Source: Candidatus Falkowbacteria bacterium RIFOXYC2_FULL_36_12
Lineage (GTDB): Bacteria; Patescibacteriota; Patescibacteriia; UBA11705
Reading direction: 5' to 3'
Assembly: GCA_001778235.1 (NCBI GenBank)
Contig: MFGJ01000007.1
Coordinates: 77,085 to 141,084, forward strand
Length of the DNA stretch: 64,000 nucleotides
Shown here: positions 1-9,993 of the stretch, piece by piece
Position numbering within the stretch: position 1 is the stretch's first letter
How the letters are laid out: each line of letters begins with the position of its first letter
Position numbers and translations under genes: made by a program
Notes under the pieces: generated by a model
What the model was told of the DNA's origin: nothing
Seen by the model: the letters and a program-made list of their open reading frames with translations, nothing else
The model's database searches: none

Positions 1-159
1 TCTATCTTTGGCACAATTGGGAAAAACTCAATGAAAAAAAATGGCTTTTTTTGTCAGTGGACATAATATTCATTGTTCTTCTAATAGACATCATTGATTT
101 CTTGACTGAAAAAATTATTTCTCTAAACCTCATTTTTATTTAATGCGGTTTTTTCTTTC

Positions 160-2088
160 TCATTTTACACTTGGAGGAATCTCATAGTAATCTAAAATAA
201 ATTTAGCTATTTTGCCGAAAATTGGGGTGGTTGAGGAGTCAGCAAATCGGGCAGTCTTAACATGGTCTAATTTTACCAACATTACAAAAGCTGGATCATC
301 ATAAGGCGCATATCCGACAAAAGTGTGTATTGTTTCATTACCGTACCCACCTTTTTCTGGGTCAGGGACTTCAGCTGTCCCAGTTTTTCCCGCAACAAGA
401 TAACCGGGGATTTTGGCTGATGAAGAGTGACCATTTTCTACAACCGACACCAACATACTGCCAAGGAGTTTTGAAGTTTGTTCTGAAATTACTTGCTTGA
501 TAAATTGGGGGCTAGTAATTTTTTCTGTGCCGTCAGGATTGATAATTTTATCCACGACATAGGGTTTCATAAATTTTCCTTTGTTGGCAATGGTTGAATA
601 TGCTTGAATCATTTGAAGTGGGGTAACTGTAATACCCTGCCCGAAAGAAGCTGTAGATAAATATAAATCATGTTTCTTATCCAAACTGGAAATATCGCCA
701 GTTGCTTCAGGTGAAATATCAATGTCAGTAATCTTACCAAAACCAAAATCTTTGACATACTGTGTAAATAAATCTATGCCAACCAACCTAGAAGCAAATA
801 TTGTTCCAGTATTCAAGGATTCTTCTAATACCTGTGTCATAGTTTTCCAGCCATGAGCCTTTGAATCTGAATTGCGAATATCATAACCTGCAATATGAAC
901 CACCCCGGTATCTTCATAACCTGTAAATGGAGTTACCTTACCGGTATCAAGAGCAGCGGCCATGGTTACGGGTTTAAATACAGAACCTGGTTCATAACTG
1001 GCGAGCAAGGCTGAATTATTAAAAACACTGATATCCTCAACTTTATTATATTCATTTGGGTCAAAATCAGGATAAGAACACATGGCAATAATCGCGCCAG
1101 TTTTGGGATTCATAACAATAATTTGCCCAGAATCAGCAACAAAATTTTCAATTCCAAAATACAATTGCTGACAAGTATAATATTGAATTGCTTTATCAAT
1201 AGTCAAGATAATACTAGAACCATTGCTGACGCTCTCGGATTCAGTATCGGCGAGAGCCAACAGACGACCAGTAGCATCTGATTCCGAACGGATAAAGCCT
1301 GAATGACCTGCAAGGATTTTGTCGTAATTACCTTCGATGCCATAATATCCTTTCAGCAAATTACTTTCTTCTGAATGGCCAACAAAACCCAGGAGCTGGC
1401 TACCCATGAATTTATCAGGATAATATCTGGCCGGTTCTTTTACCCAACGAATTCCTTCTAAATTATAACTCTGCAAGGTTGAAATCTGATCTTCGGTAAT
1501 TCGCCTTTTGACTGGCTCGTATGGATCATCTTTTTTACTAAGCCTCTCTAGCATTTTATATTTAAATAAATCAGTTGCTTCTTGCTCTGCCTGTTCGGTC
1601 AATCGCTTTTTCTCTTTGTCCAAAGCCTCAACAGTAAGCTCTTCAGACAAGGGAGCACTAACAGTCTCGATGGTTTTTTTTATATCATCAGAAAAATCAA
1701 TATTTTCAAATAATACCGTCATAACTGCTTCGGGATCTTCAATTTCTTTTGGCACGGCATAAACAAAATATAACTCCCGGTTGGTGGCAACGGGATATAA
1801 ATCATAACCGCCATTTATATTTTTTTCTTGGACAAAAATCTCACCTCGTTCAGGATATAAATTTTGGATTAATTCATGTTGATCACTGGCCAAAGCATAG
1901 TAGTAATCCCCTTCTATTATCTGTAATCGAATAAGCCTAAAAAATATTGCGCCAGCAATAATAATAAAAAAGAAACTCAAAACTTTTATTCGACGGTTGG
2001 AATGTTTCTCAATATCATTTTTTTTACCGCCAAGATAACTTGATGGCCTAATGGTGCGAACTTTAGTTTTTTTTACAAGCAAGGACAT
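160..2088 (-). CDS. Penicillin-binding protein 2/FtsI-family peptidoglycan transpeptidase
   Basis: 642 aa with an N-terminal TM segment. Transpeptidase motifs SVFK (SxxK) and KTGTA (KTG), plus a PBP dimerisation region. Confidence 0.85.
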   Translation of the reverse strand: MSLLVKKTKVRTIRPSSYLGGKKNDIEKHSNRRIKVLSFFFIIIAGAIFFRLIRLQIIEGDYYYALASDQHELIQNLYPERGEIFVQEKNINGGYDLYPVATNRELYFVYAVPKEIEDPEAVMTVLFENIDFSDDIKKTIETVSAPLSEELTVEALDKEKKRLTEQAEQEATDLFKYKMLERLSKKDDPYEPVKRRITEDQISTLQSYNLEGIRWVKEPARYYPDKFMGSQLLGFVGHSEESNLLKGYYGIEGNYDKILAGHSGFIRSESDATGRLLALADTESESVSNGSSIILTIDKAIQYYTCQQLYFGIENFVADSGQIIVMNPKTGAIIAMCSYPDFDPNEYNKVEDISVFNNSALLASYEPGSVFKPVTMAAALDTGKVTPFTGYEDTGVVHIAGYDIRNSDSKAHGWKTMTQVLEESLNTGTIFASRLVGIDLFTQYVKDFGFGKITDIDISPEATGDISSLDKKHDLYLSTASFGQGITVTPLQMIQAYSTIANKGKFMKPYVVDKIINPDGTEKITSPQFIKQVISEQTSKLLGSMLVSVVENGHSSSAKIPGYLVAGKTGTAEVPDPEKGGYGNETIHTFVGYAPYDDPAFVMLVKLDHVKTARFADSSTTPIFGKIAKFILDYYEIPPSVK

Positions 2089-2220
2089 GAATGAATATTT
2101 ATAAGATTAAATAAATAAAACTTGCCTCAAAATACTCGAGGTTTCTCTACATATTATAGCAAAAAATTTCCATAAAACAAAAAAGCCCAATAAAGGGCTT
2201 TTCTAGATGTATTAATAGGT

Positions 2221-2970
2221 TTACATATTATGGCCTTCTTTACCTACGCGTTCTAACGCTCTAAGAACTTCTAGAGGAATAGCGAGAACTACAGTATTTG
2301 ACTGATCTGAACTAAGGTCATTTAATGTTTGTAAAGTTCGTAAATGTAATGCTCCTGGAGCACCTGATAAAATTGTAGCTGCTTTTGCCATATTTTCAGC
2401 TGAAAGAACTTCACCTTCAGCTTTGATAATAACTGCTCTTTTTTCTCGTTCAGCTTCAGCCTGTTTAGCAATTGTTCTTTCCATATCTTCAGGAAGAGAA
2501 ACATCTTTCAATTCCACATTTTCTACTTTTATTCCCCATGGATCTGAAGCCTTATCAATAACACTTCTAATCCTCTCGGAGATATTTTCTCGCTCACTCA
2601 AAAGTTGATCTAATTCAACTTCGCCAACTAGATTTCTCATTGTGGTTTGCGCCAATTGACTCATAGCAAAAAAGAAATTTTCCACCTCAAGCACAGCTTT
2701 TTCAGCCAAAGCAATTTTATAATAAATAACAGCATTAACTGTAACTGAAATATTGTCCTTGGTAATAGCCTTTTGATCAGGGACATCAACGGCCTTTGTA
2801 CGGAGGTCAATCTTGCGCATTTGTTGAAAAACAGGAACAACTAATCTCCAACCTGGTTTTTTGGTACCAGAAAATTTACCCATAGTAAACATTACACCTC
2901 TTTCATATTCATTAATTTGACGAAGACTAATTAACAACAGAAAGAGAATGAACCCAAGAAAATAGTACAT
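2221..2970 (-). CDS. SPFH/band-7 (stomatin/HflC-like) membrane protein
   Basis: N-terminal TM segment, SPFH core, and a coiled-coil AEAEREKRA region typical of the family. Confidence 0.8.
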   Translation of the reverse strand: MYYFLGFILFLLLISLRQINEYERGVMFTMGKFSGTKKPGWRLVVPVFQQMRKIDLRTKAVDVPDQKAITKDNISVTVNAVIYYKIALAEKAVLEVENFFFAMSQLAQTTMRNLVGEVELDQLLSERENISERIRSVIDKASDPWGIKVENVELKDVSLPEDMERTIAKQAEAEREKRAVIIKAEGEVLSAENMAKAATILSGAPGALHLRTLQTLNDLSSDQSNTVVLAIPLEVLRALERVGKEGHNM

Positions 2971-2991
2971 AGATATATAAATTATTTATAA

Positions 2992-4029
2992 TTATTGATT
3001 ATCAAGTTGCCCGCCATATTGATTAATCATTTCATTTAATTTTTGTAGGTCCTGCTCACTCATATTGTCAAAGTCATCAAGATTAACCTCTGGGGCTGTG
3101 GGATTGTTTAGATCTGGCATCTGTAGAATTTCAGCCAAGTCAAATGGTTTGGCAGTAGCTGGGACATCAATATCAACTTTTTTATTGTATTTGGAAAAAT
3201 TTAGAGCTGCATCAACGCGAGAGATACTGGAATCTGGGTCATCAATATTTGTTCCCAGTTCAACTCGATATAACAGCTTGTCATCCACACCAATCCATAC
3301 TTCTGGTTCAAACTTTTCCCATTTTGTCAGAGAAGCCTCTAGATCAGCTTCTTCATCTGTAGTTAATTGTTCATTGTCGACAATTTTATTCAATTTTATC
3401 AGAAATTGTTTAATTTCAGACTTGTTCAATTTCAGACGGAAATGATATGTGTTGATATTATTTAAATCTGTCTGACCTAAATCTTCAACAATCTGGAAAA
3501 ACTGTGTTTTTGAGACCAATGACTTTATTTTCCTCAAATCAGCTGAACTCAATTCTGTCCCTTGCTCATCAACTGGGGCTTCAGACCCTAGAGAATTTAA
3601 ATCAAATTTATACCAATCGTCGCCAAGCGCTGAAGCATCAGTGCCAGTTACTTGTGGCATGGAATTCACTTTTATATATGTTTCTTGACTGCTTAAAACC
3701 ATTGAGAAATCTAAATTTTGGTCTGAATTGTTATCGCCTTGTCCCAGCACAATATTGATGAGTTGCAAATATTTATCTGGATCAGACATATCAACATCAC
3801 CGGAAATTTTTATTTTGGTGTTGTCGTTATTTGAGGCTGTTTGAGGATTTACCACAACGGCTAATCCTGGAATTGTCCCGAGAAGACCAATTGAAGCATC
3901 ATAGTGATAAGAACTGGTTTTGACCATGTTTTTTATCATTGATTTCATGACTGATTCTGGCGACTGGGTACAACCAGACAAACCAAGAAGAAGAAATGGC
4001 AGAATTATTAATAGATATAATTTTTTCAT
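2992..4029 (-). CDS. Hypothetical lipoprotein
   Basis: Signal peptide with an LSGC lipobox. No recognisable domain. Confidence 0.5.
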   Translation of the reverse strand: MKKLYLLIILPFLLLGLSGCTQSPESVMKSMIKNMVKTSSYHYDASIGLLGTIPGLAVVVNPQTASNNDNTKIKISGDVDMSDPDKYLQLINIVLGQGDNNSDQNLDFSMVLSSQETYIKVNSMPQVTGTDASALGDDWYKFDLNSLGSEAPVDEQGTELSSADLRKIKSLVSKTQFFQIVEDLGQTDLNNINTYHFRLKLNKSEIKQFLIKLNKIVDNEQLTTDEEADLEASLTKWEKFEPEVWIGVDDKLLYRVELGTNIDDPDSSISRVDAALNFSKYNKKVDIDVPATAKPFDLAEILQMPDLNNPTAPEVNLDDFDNMSEQDLQKLNEMINQYGGQLDNQ

Positions 4030-4166
4030 AGTTTATAACTGATAATTTAGCTAATAAATATTCTTTATTTAATATAACATGCAAAAAAACCAATGTAAAC
4101 CTAAAACTTGACATTTTCTGACTTATATTATAAGATATAGATTACCCGTGACAGCAAGGAGGGACA

Positions 4167-4418
4167 ATGTCAAGGGGAAATGGTAAAAGATTACCTCTGA
4201 CTCTAGTTATTTCCAGGACTGAAACAGGAGTGAATGTTCGCCTGAAAAATGCACCTGAAATTTTTGAGGTTTCAACCATTTCTGTCGCCGATGCTGTGGG
4301 AAAACTGCTTATGGGTCACCCTGATCTGTTTGGAGTGTTATGTGGTTTTAGCCATGACCCAATGACTCAAGGCTTTCTAGCCAACCCAATGAATTCTCTC
4401 AAATACACTGTTGATTGA
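4167..4418 (+). CDS. Hypothetical small protein
   Basis: 83-aa ORF preceded by an AAGGAGGG Shine-Dalgarno (SD) sequence and a TTGACA-like -35 element. Confidence 0.4.
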   Translation: MSRGNGKRLPLTLVISRTETGVNVRLKNAPEIFEVSTISVADAVGKLLMGHPDLFGVLCGFSHDPMTQGFLANPMNSLKYTVD

Positions 4419-4485
4419 ATAATGAGCGTATAAATCTGCGCTTATTTTTTTTATTAAAAAAGAACACATGATATGCGTTCTTTAA

Positions 4486-5676
4486 CTAGCCTTTCAAGGT
4501 AGCACAGCCAAGGGCGATAACAAAGGCTGAACTATTTCCACCATGTAGAGTAAAATCTTCTGGTTTGGTATCGGTTTCAGACATTTTTATTTGCCATTGC
4601 TTGAATGGATCAAATTCTGTAAAAACAATTCTTTCTCGAACAGGCTGAACAGAGTCTTTAGATGGATGTGCTAATTTTTCTGCATCATCCAAGCGACTAT
4701 AGCCTTTAAACAATCTATGACTTCTTTCTACGGCAGAGTCAAATTCAGTCTGAAAATCATTTAGACTCATACCTGTGAAGGATAGACAGGCTCTTTTAAC
4801 ATTAACGCCCTTAAACTCTCTTGCAAAAGCAAAGCATTTATCAAGCTCCACATAAAAATTGAACTGCCCTTTGTCATCGATTACGAAGTTCCGAGAAAAA
4901 AGGACATCGCCACTATAATAAACATGAAATGAGCAAACACGCCTACCAACATGAATCAAGGCAGTTGTGAGATCAAAATAGTTCAACTTTGCGTCAGGAT
5001 CTGACAATAATTGAGCATAGGCTTCAACTGGTGCGGTAACAATAACCGGTTCCAGACCAGCCAGTCTCATAACCTCCAAATACCCCTGATACAAATCCTT
5101 TTTTACAGCAACAATCATGACTCTTTCTCTGCCATCAAATATTTTCATCTTGCGCCAACCATAGACAAAGGTCTGTTCAGGGAAAGGAAGAATGCTGTCA
5201 ATGTCGCGAACAATATTTTTTCTCAACTGTTCATCATCATAAACTTCATATTCCAAAAATTTCACCATTACAGCAAATCCTGGCAAAGCAATGGCAACAC
5301 GATTATTTCTTAAGCCAATTCTTTCTTTTAGTTTTTGCAAGGCATTGGCGACTGTACGAATGGCTGATTCATCTCGCAGATAGACCAGATTTTCATCTGC
5401 ATAATGAGGCAAATCACAGCTTCCAATCTGATCGACCACATAACCATCATCATCATCCTTTAGCGCTACAATACTAATACCTTCGGGTGACATGGCTACA
5501 CCGGTTAAAGGTGCCTCTACAGAGGAAGGAACCGAGGCTTGGCGTAAAAAGTTCATGACATCTGTCAATCCAGGTAGATTAAAAGTTCTTTCAGCAGTTC
5601 GTGTTTTGACTGTCAACTTTACTTGATAAATCATCTGATCAGCTATTTGTTGTTCTCGATATAAATTGATAACCAT
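4486..5676 (-). CDS. Divergent PilM/FtsA-like actin-fold protein
   Basis: The C-terminal half resembles the PilM architecture (…VAVKKDLYQGYLEVMRLAGLEPVIV…, HVGRR…FSRNF, C-terminal …GGNS…IALGCA). The start is chosen at MVINLY because it follows a GGGAGGAGG SD. The canonical N-terminal DxGxxS phosphate motif is absent. Confidence 0.4.
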   Translation of the reverse strand: MVINLYREQQIADQMIYQVKLTVKTRTAERTFNLPGLTDVMNFLRQASVPSSVEAPLTGVAMSPEGISIVALKDDDDGYVVDQIGSCDLPHYADENLVYLRDESAIRTVANALQKLKERIGLRNNRVAIALPGFAVMVKFLEYEVYDDEQLRKNIVRDIDSILPFPEQTFVYGWRKMKIFDGRERVMIVAVKKDLYQGYLEVMRLAGLEPVIVTAPVEAYAQLLSDPDAKLNYFDLTTALIHVGRRVCSFHVYYSGDVLFSRNFVIDDKGQFNFYVELDKCFAFAREFKGVNVKRACLSFTGMSLNDFQTEFDSAVERSHRLFKGYSRLDDAEKLAHPSKDSVQPVRERIVFTEFDPFKQWQIKMSETDTKPEDFTLHGGNSSAFVIALGCATLKG

Positions 5677-5826
5677 TGGCGCCTCCTCCCGTGGGCAGGG
5701 TTGTAAAGAACCAGAAAAAACAGTATACACTAAAATTCAATTTTATTCAAGTGGCCATTTATTATAAGCAATTGACAAATCTTATACTTAATGCTAGATT
5801 ATATTATTAGGAAACGGGGGGGAAAG

Positions 5827-6081
5827 ATGAGCAAATCCAAAATGCTTTTTAGCCAGTCATTGCTGGCTTTAACCCTGATGTACTTTTTCTCTAAAGAAAT
5901 TATCCCAGCTTGGTTGATTAATAATATACTTTGGCACCAAATGGTGAATTTGTTGTCAGGGAATACAATCAATGCCTTTGTTTGGTTCCCAATTTCCCTT
6001 GCATTAAGTTTGACATGTTCACTGGTAATTTTCAAGCTGACACTACCTAATCTGCCAACGGCAAAGGAGAACAAGAAATGA
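5827..6081 (+). CDS. Small hydrophobic membrane protein
   Basis: Start follows a GGGGGGGAAAG SD. Two predicted TM helices. Confidence 0.4.
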   Translation: MSKSKMLFSQSLLALTLMYFFSKEIIPAWLINNILWHQMVNLLSGNTINAFVWFPISLALSLTCSLVIFKLTLPNLPTAKENKK

Positions 6082-6365
6082 CAAAACATGGACAAAATCT
6101 GATGCATAATCTGAAGATTTTTTTAAAGTCTTTTTTACTAAATTATCTGTTGATTCTAGTGAGCATAGCTATGATGATTTTCACTGTATGGATTTGTAGT
6201 GTAGCCTTTCTACTGATTTATGCAATCAGTATTGGACTTACCTATTTTCTGGGTTTGCAGATTAATGCTTTGCTTCTTGGGGTGATTGATTACCTACTGA
6301 TTGGTTTTATAATTACTGTCGCCTACATAACCAAACATGGTATTTATAATTCTAGAAGATTCTAA
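6078..6365 (+). CDS. Small hydrophobic membrane protein
   Basis: ATGA start/stop overlap with the upstream ORF (translational coupling). Highly hydrophobic. Followed by a hairpin plus T8 terminator. Confidence 0.45.
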   Translation: MTKHGQNLMHNLKIFLKSFLLNYLLILVSIAMMIFTVWICSVAFLLIYAISIGLTYFLGLQINALLLGVIDYLLIGFIITVAYITKHGIYNSRRF

Positions 6366-6450
6366 AAACTAAAACAGACTAAATTGTCTGTTGTTTTTTT
6401 TAATGCTATATTATAATAAACAATCTAATAATAAATATATACTTGCTATG

Positions 6451-6678
6451 TTTAAATTTATTATCATCGGACTGGTCATGGTGACTCTGATCATCATAGC
6501 GTGGTCACCTTGGATGTCGCAGGATGAAAGCTCGGCTATAATTTATCAAACTGCGGCGATAACCAAAGATGGTGAACGATGCACAGAACAACAGTGGACT
6601 GCAACCTGGGCGCCATTTGGCCGTATGGTCCGCCATTGCGACCGCAGTTGGTATGTCGGCTTCTGGGAGGCATTATAA
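6451..6678 (+). CDS. Small membrane protein (TM + Trp/Cys-rich tail)
   Basis: Internal Met start MFKFIIIGLV. One TM helix. Confidence 0.3.
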   Translation, partial: FKFIIIGLVMVTLIIIAWSPWMSQDESSAIIYQTAAITKDGERCTEQQWTATWAPFGRMVRHCDRSWYVGFWEAL

Positions 6679-6810
6679 AACACTAATCAATCTGTTTTGG
6701 ACAGGCTTTAATCAGCAGAATCGCAGAAAAACTGCGTGGCTGTAATTGGCCTGTTTTTTTATAATTATTAATTTTTCATAAATTATAGCTAAATACCGCA
6801 ATTAAATTTA

Positions 6811-6880
6811 AAAACCGCGAACCCGTTGCCTGGCAACGGGTTCGCGGAATATAACTTCACAATTGCGGGTTCGCGGTTTT
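6811..6880. terminator. Bidirectional intrinsic terminator with triplicated GC arm
   Basis: CCGCGAACCCGTTGCC-tggc-AACGGGTTCGCGG hairpin flanked by A and T tracts. A second GCGGGTTCGCGG copy is followed by T7. The element lies between convergent genes. Confidence 0.6.
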
Positions 6881-6903
6881 TTTCTGCTATTTTGACTTCA
6901 AAG

Positions 6904-8070
6904 TTAAATTGATTTTCTAATTTTCTTCATTAAATCCAGGTAAAATTCTAGATTGTTTAGAGTTGCTAAACGAATTGACAGGGGTTCACCGAGGGAAAAC
7001 AAATGGCGCAGATAAGCCTTTGAATACTTTTTCAAAACAGGAAATCTTGAATCTATATTGATTGGAGAAAAGTCTTGACTCCATTTCTCGGCTTTAATAT
7101 TAATCTGTTTATAGCTTGACCTCGGAGTGTTGAAAATGTCAGGCTGTGGCGATCGGACTGTGGCATCGGACCACAAATACAGCCTTCCATGTCTGGCTTC
7201 TCTAGTTGGGATAACGCAGTCAAACATATCAACGCCTCTTTTGACTGCATTAATAATATTTTCTGGTCGACCAACCCCCATTAAGTATCTCGGTTTATCT
7301 TCTGGTAATTCAGCTGTAATATAATCAAGAGTTTTATACATTTCTTTTTCAGATTCACCAACTGAAAGACCACCAATTGCATAACCATCAAAACCAATGG
7401 TTTTCAAATCATGTACACTTTTTATTCTTAATTTTTTATCCAAACCACCCTGTACAATACCAAAAAGCTTGGCCTTGTCACCTTGAGGCTGTTGAAGCGT
7501 CTTTTTTTCAAAATAGTTCTTGCATCTCTCGGCCCATCTGGTTGTCAGTTCAACAGACTTTTCCAAATAGTCTTTTTTGGCTGGGAGTTCAACACATTCA
7601 TCGAGAGCCATTATGATGTCTGATCCAAGATCCAGTTGAATTTGGATTGAATCCTCTGGACGCATAAATCTTTTACTTCCATCAATATGTGAACGGAATT
7701 CAACACCATCTTCGGTAATTTTCCTAATTTTGTTTAGAGAGAAAACTTGGAAGCCACCGCTGTCAGTCAAAATCGGTTTAGACCAATTCATGAATTGATG
7801 AAGACCACCAGCTTTTTTTATCAATTTATTACCAGGTTTTAGCATTAGATGATAAGTATTGCTCAAGACAATCTTGGCTTCCAGTTGTTCCAAATCTTCA
7901 TAGGTTAGCGCTTTAACCGAAGCTTTGGTGGCAATTGGCATAAAAAACGGAGTCTCAATAATGCCTCGTCGAGTCTTCAGTTGACCGCGACGAGCTTTTG
8001 ATTTTTGGGATTGTTTTAAGAGTTTGAATGACATAATCAAAAGATATTTTGTATGATATTTAAATTCCAA
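6904..8070 (-). CDS. tgt: Queuine tRNA-ribosyltransferase (tRNA-guanine transglycosylase)
   Basis: Conserved TGT motifs (…LMLKPG…, DSGGFQ, GVGRPE) and a C-terminal Zn-binding region. Confidence 0.9.
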   Translation of the reverse strand: MEFKYHTKYLLIMSFKLLKQSQKSKARRGQLKTRRGIIETPFFMPIATKASVKALTYEDLEQLEAKIVLSNTYHLMLKPGNKLIKKAGGLHQFMNWSKPILTDSGGFQVFSLNKIRKITEDGVEFRSHIDGSKRFMRPEDSIQIQLDLGSDIIMALDECVELPAKKDYLEKSVELTTRWAERCKNYFEKKTLQQPQGDKAKLFGIVQGGLDKKLRIKSVHDLKTIGFDGYAIGGLSVGESEKEMYKTLDYITAELPEDKPRYLMGVGRPENIINAVKRGVDMFDCVIPTREARHGRLYLWSDATVRSPQPDIFNTPRSSYKQINIKAEKWSQDFSPINIDSRFPVLKKYSKAYLRHLFSLGEPLSIRLATLNNLEFYLDLMKKIRKSI

Positions 8071-8609
8071 CCCAATATTTTTTCAAGGTCATTCTTGTCA
8101 ATCTTAACATTAACCTTAGCAAATTTGTTCTCTAAATAATATTGCCCAGAAAAAAAATTATTTTCTATGTCTATAACAATACACCCAATATTTCTGAACA
8201 CATAATCAGAGTAGTTAGAATGCTTCCCAAAAGGTGTTCCGTCTGGCAAAATATGAATTATTCCGTCTAAAGCATACTTAATAATTTCAGGTGGCAATGG
8301 GTTTTTAATTCCATGTATTAACAAAATAGTTTTAGAATCTTTATATGAATTAAACTTTCTCATTGCCTTTCTTGACGAGTCGCCAATTTTTTTATCAATT
8401 TTTTTTATTGGATCTTTTTTATAAGTGGATATACACAGAGTTCGCCATTCCTTTAATTCAATTCTGACTTTTAATTCGTTATTTACCAAATCTGCACTTG
8501 AAATGTTTGCAAATTTTTTATCCAAGTCTCCGTCAACCCAATGAGGGTCAATCTTGAGCAGTTCTTTTAATAAATTTTCTTTATAGATTGTATCAGTTTG
8601 TATTTGCAT
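8037..8609 (-). CDS. Hypothetical protein
   Basis: 190-aa ORF immediately downstream of the toxin-antitoxin pair. No recognisable motif. Confidence 0.45.
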   Translation of the reverse strand: MQIQTDTIYKENLLKELLKIDPHWVDGDLDKKFANISSADLVNNELKVRIELKEWRTLCISTYKKDPIKKIDKKIGDSSRKAMRKFNSYKDSKTILLIHGIKNPLPPEIIKYALDGIIHILPDGTPFGKHSNYSDYVFRNIGCIVIDIENNFFSGQYYLENKFAKVNVKIDKNDLEKILGWNLNIIQNIF

Positions 8610-8615
8610 ATACTT

Positions 8616-8882
8616 CTAATACAAATCTTTCCGCTGTTTAATTGTTAAAATAGTTAAAATCGTAATTTTATTGTTGGTGTTTTTGTGAAAAATGGCTCGA
8701 AAATCTCCGATACGAAAACGGAAAAGTCCTTTTAATGGGCCGGTCAAAGGCTTGGCATATTTCAAGGGAGATCTTTGATTAATAAAAAATTCAAGCTTGT
8801 TTAAAATCTGTATAACCTGTTTTTTGTCAAAACCAGCCAAGTCCTTTCGCGACTGCTGGGTATAAAATAGCTGAAAGCTCAT
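8616..8882 (-). CDS. RelE/ParE-family type II toxin
   Basis: 88 aa. Matches the family pattern (…RIGDFRAIF…ILTIKQRKDLY). Confidence 0.75.
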   Translation of the reverse strand: MSFQLFYTQQSRKDLAGFDKKQVIQILNKLEFFINQRSPLKYAKPLTGPLKGLFRFRIGDFRAIFHKNTNNKITILTILTIKQRKDLY

Positions 8883-8883
8883 A

Positions 8884-9135
8884 CTATTTTAAACCAAAAA
8901 TGGTCTTGATATCTTGATGACTGTAAATCAGACCCTGTTTCATTTCTTCAAGTGCGTTCTTGACATCATAAACCAGTTTTTCCAGACTGGCGTCCTTATC
9001 ATCAAGCGGTCGTAATTCAAAAACCGGTTTGTTTTTATTTAAAATAATTAATCTTTGCTTGTCCTTTTTAGCTTTCTGATAAAGCTTAGCCATATTCTGT
9101 CTAAACTCTTTTACCCCAACAAACTTGGTAGTCAT
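8884..9135 (-). CDS. Phd/YefM-family antitoxin
   Basis: 83 aa, directly upstream of and abutting the toxin gene. Phd-like N-terminus (VGVKEFRQNMAKL…PVFEL). Confidence 0.7.
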   Translation of the reverse strand: MTTKFVGVKEFRQNMAKLYQKAKKDKQRLIILNKNKPVFELRPLDDKDASLEKLVYDVKNALEEMKQGLIYSHQDIKTIFGLK

Positions 9136-9210
9136 ATTTTAATAACTTATTACTTAAGGATAACTTCAGTGTACACTTGTATTGAGCAAAAGTCAACAAA
9201 TAAAAAAGTA

Positions 9211-9555
9211 CTACAAATTACGCAGTACTGTTTTGTGAAGTATTTTTGTACCAAAGACTCCAACCAGAAACCCACCAACATATGAGGACATAACAATCAA
9301 AGCTTTTTGGATATTATTAAAAGCTGTTTGCAAGGATGACATACCGTCACCGATAGTATAATCAAATAGCACCAAAGCTAGTACATATAGACTCACAATA
9401 AAAAATGCATAACAGATGAACAGTATTGCTCCCTTTTTGGCTTTCAGGAGTGGATCTTCTTTCTTGAAAAAATGCCTGCCAGAATACAAGTCTAAACCTA
9501 GCATAATACCAACAATCAAATTCAATACTAGTTCAATGATTACTTCTCTTGGCAT
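9211..9555 (-). CDS. Hypothetical membrane protein
   Basis: 114 aa with 3-4 TM helices. Confidence 0.5.
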   Translation of the reverse strand: MPREVIIELVLNLIVGIMLGLDLYSGRHFFKKEDPLLKAKKGAILFICYAFFIVSLYVLALVLFDYTIGDGMSSLQTAFNNIQKALIVMSSYVGGFLVGVFGTKILHKTVLRNL

Positions 9556-9644
9556 GATTTCCTCCCTGCCTCGGTTTTTGATTGAATGAACGAACTATAT
9601 AATATCTTATCAAAATAAACTCTAATTGTCAATATTTATTGCCA

Positions 9645-9677
9645 ACAAAAAAACCAGCATTTTGCAATACTGGCTTT
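9645..9677. terminator. Hairpin terminator-like repeat copy 1
   Basis: A7-CCAGCATTTTGCAATACTGG-CTTTT. A near-identical copy lies at 9925-9958. Confidence 0.5.
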
Positions 9678-9685
9678 TGGATTGT

Positions 9686-9883
9686 TTATTCACTGTCTTT
9701 TTTTTCTTTGATTTTTTTTGCTATCTCGGCTAAAAGAGCCCCTGTAAATGCTTCACCTCTAAAGGCTTCACCCCTTTCTAATATCCTCTGTCCTTCAGCT
9801 AACTCTTCAGGAGTAAGATCATCAAACCCATTAATAACTCTTTCTGGTGAATTTGGATTTTCAAAATCTGGCATAATTTTCAT
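9686..9883 (-). CDS. Hypothetical small acidic protein
   Basis: 65-aa ORF flanked on both sides by the same hairpin repeat. No SD; TATAAT sits 8 nt upstream of the ATG. Confidence 0.3.
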   Translation of the reverse strand: MKIMPDFENPNSPERVINGFDDLTPEELAEGQRILERGEAFRGEAFTGALLAEIAKKIKEKKDSE

Positions 9884-9924
9884 AGTTATTTATTATAAAA
9901 ACAGTATAACACAATAATCATTAA

Positions 9925-9958
9925 ACAAAAAAACCAGCATTTTGCAATACTGGCTTTT
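9925..9958. terminator. Hairpin terminator-like repeat copy 2
   Basis: Identical 30-nt core to the copy at 9645-9677. Confidence 0.5.
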
Positions 9959-9993
9959 TCGTAAGATAGGAAAGAACAAGCTATATATAAACA

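Noticed and set aside
5799-6107. 102-aa minus-strand ORF
   Set aside because: It is fully antisense to the coupled small membrane-protein genes, which have strong SDs. It has no SD of its own.
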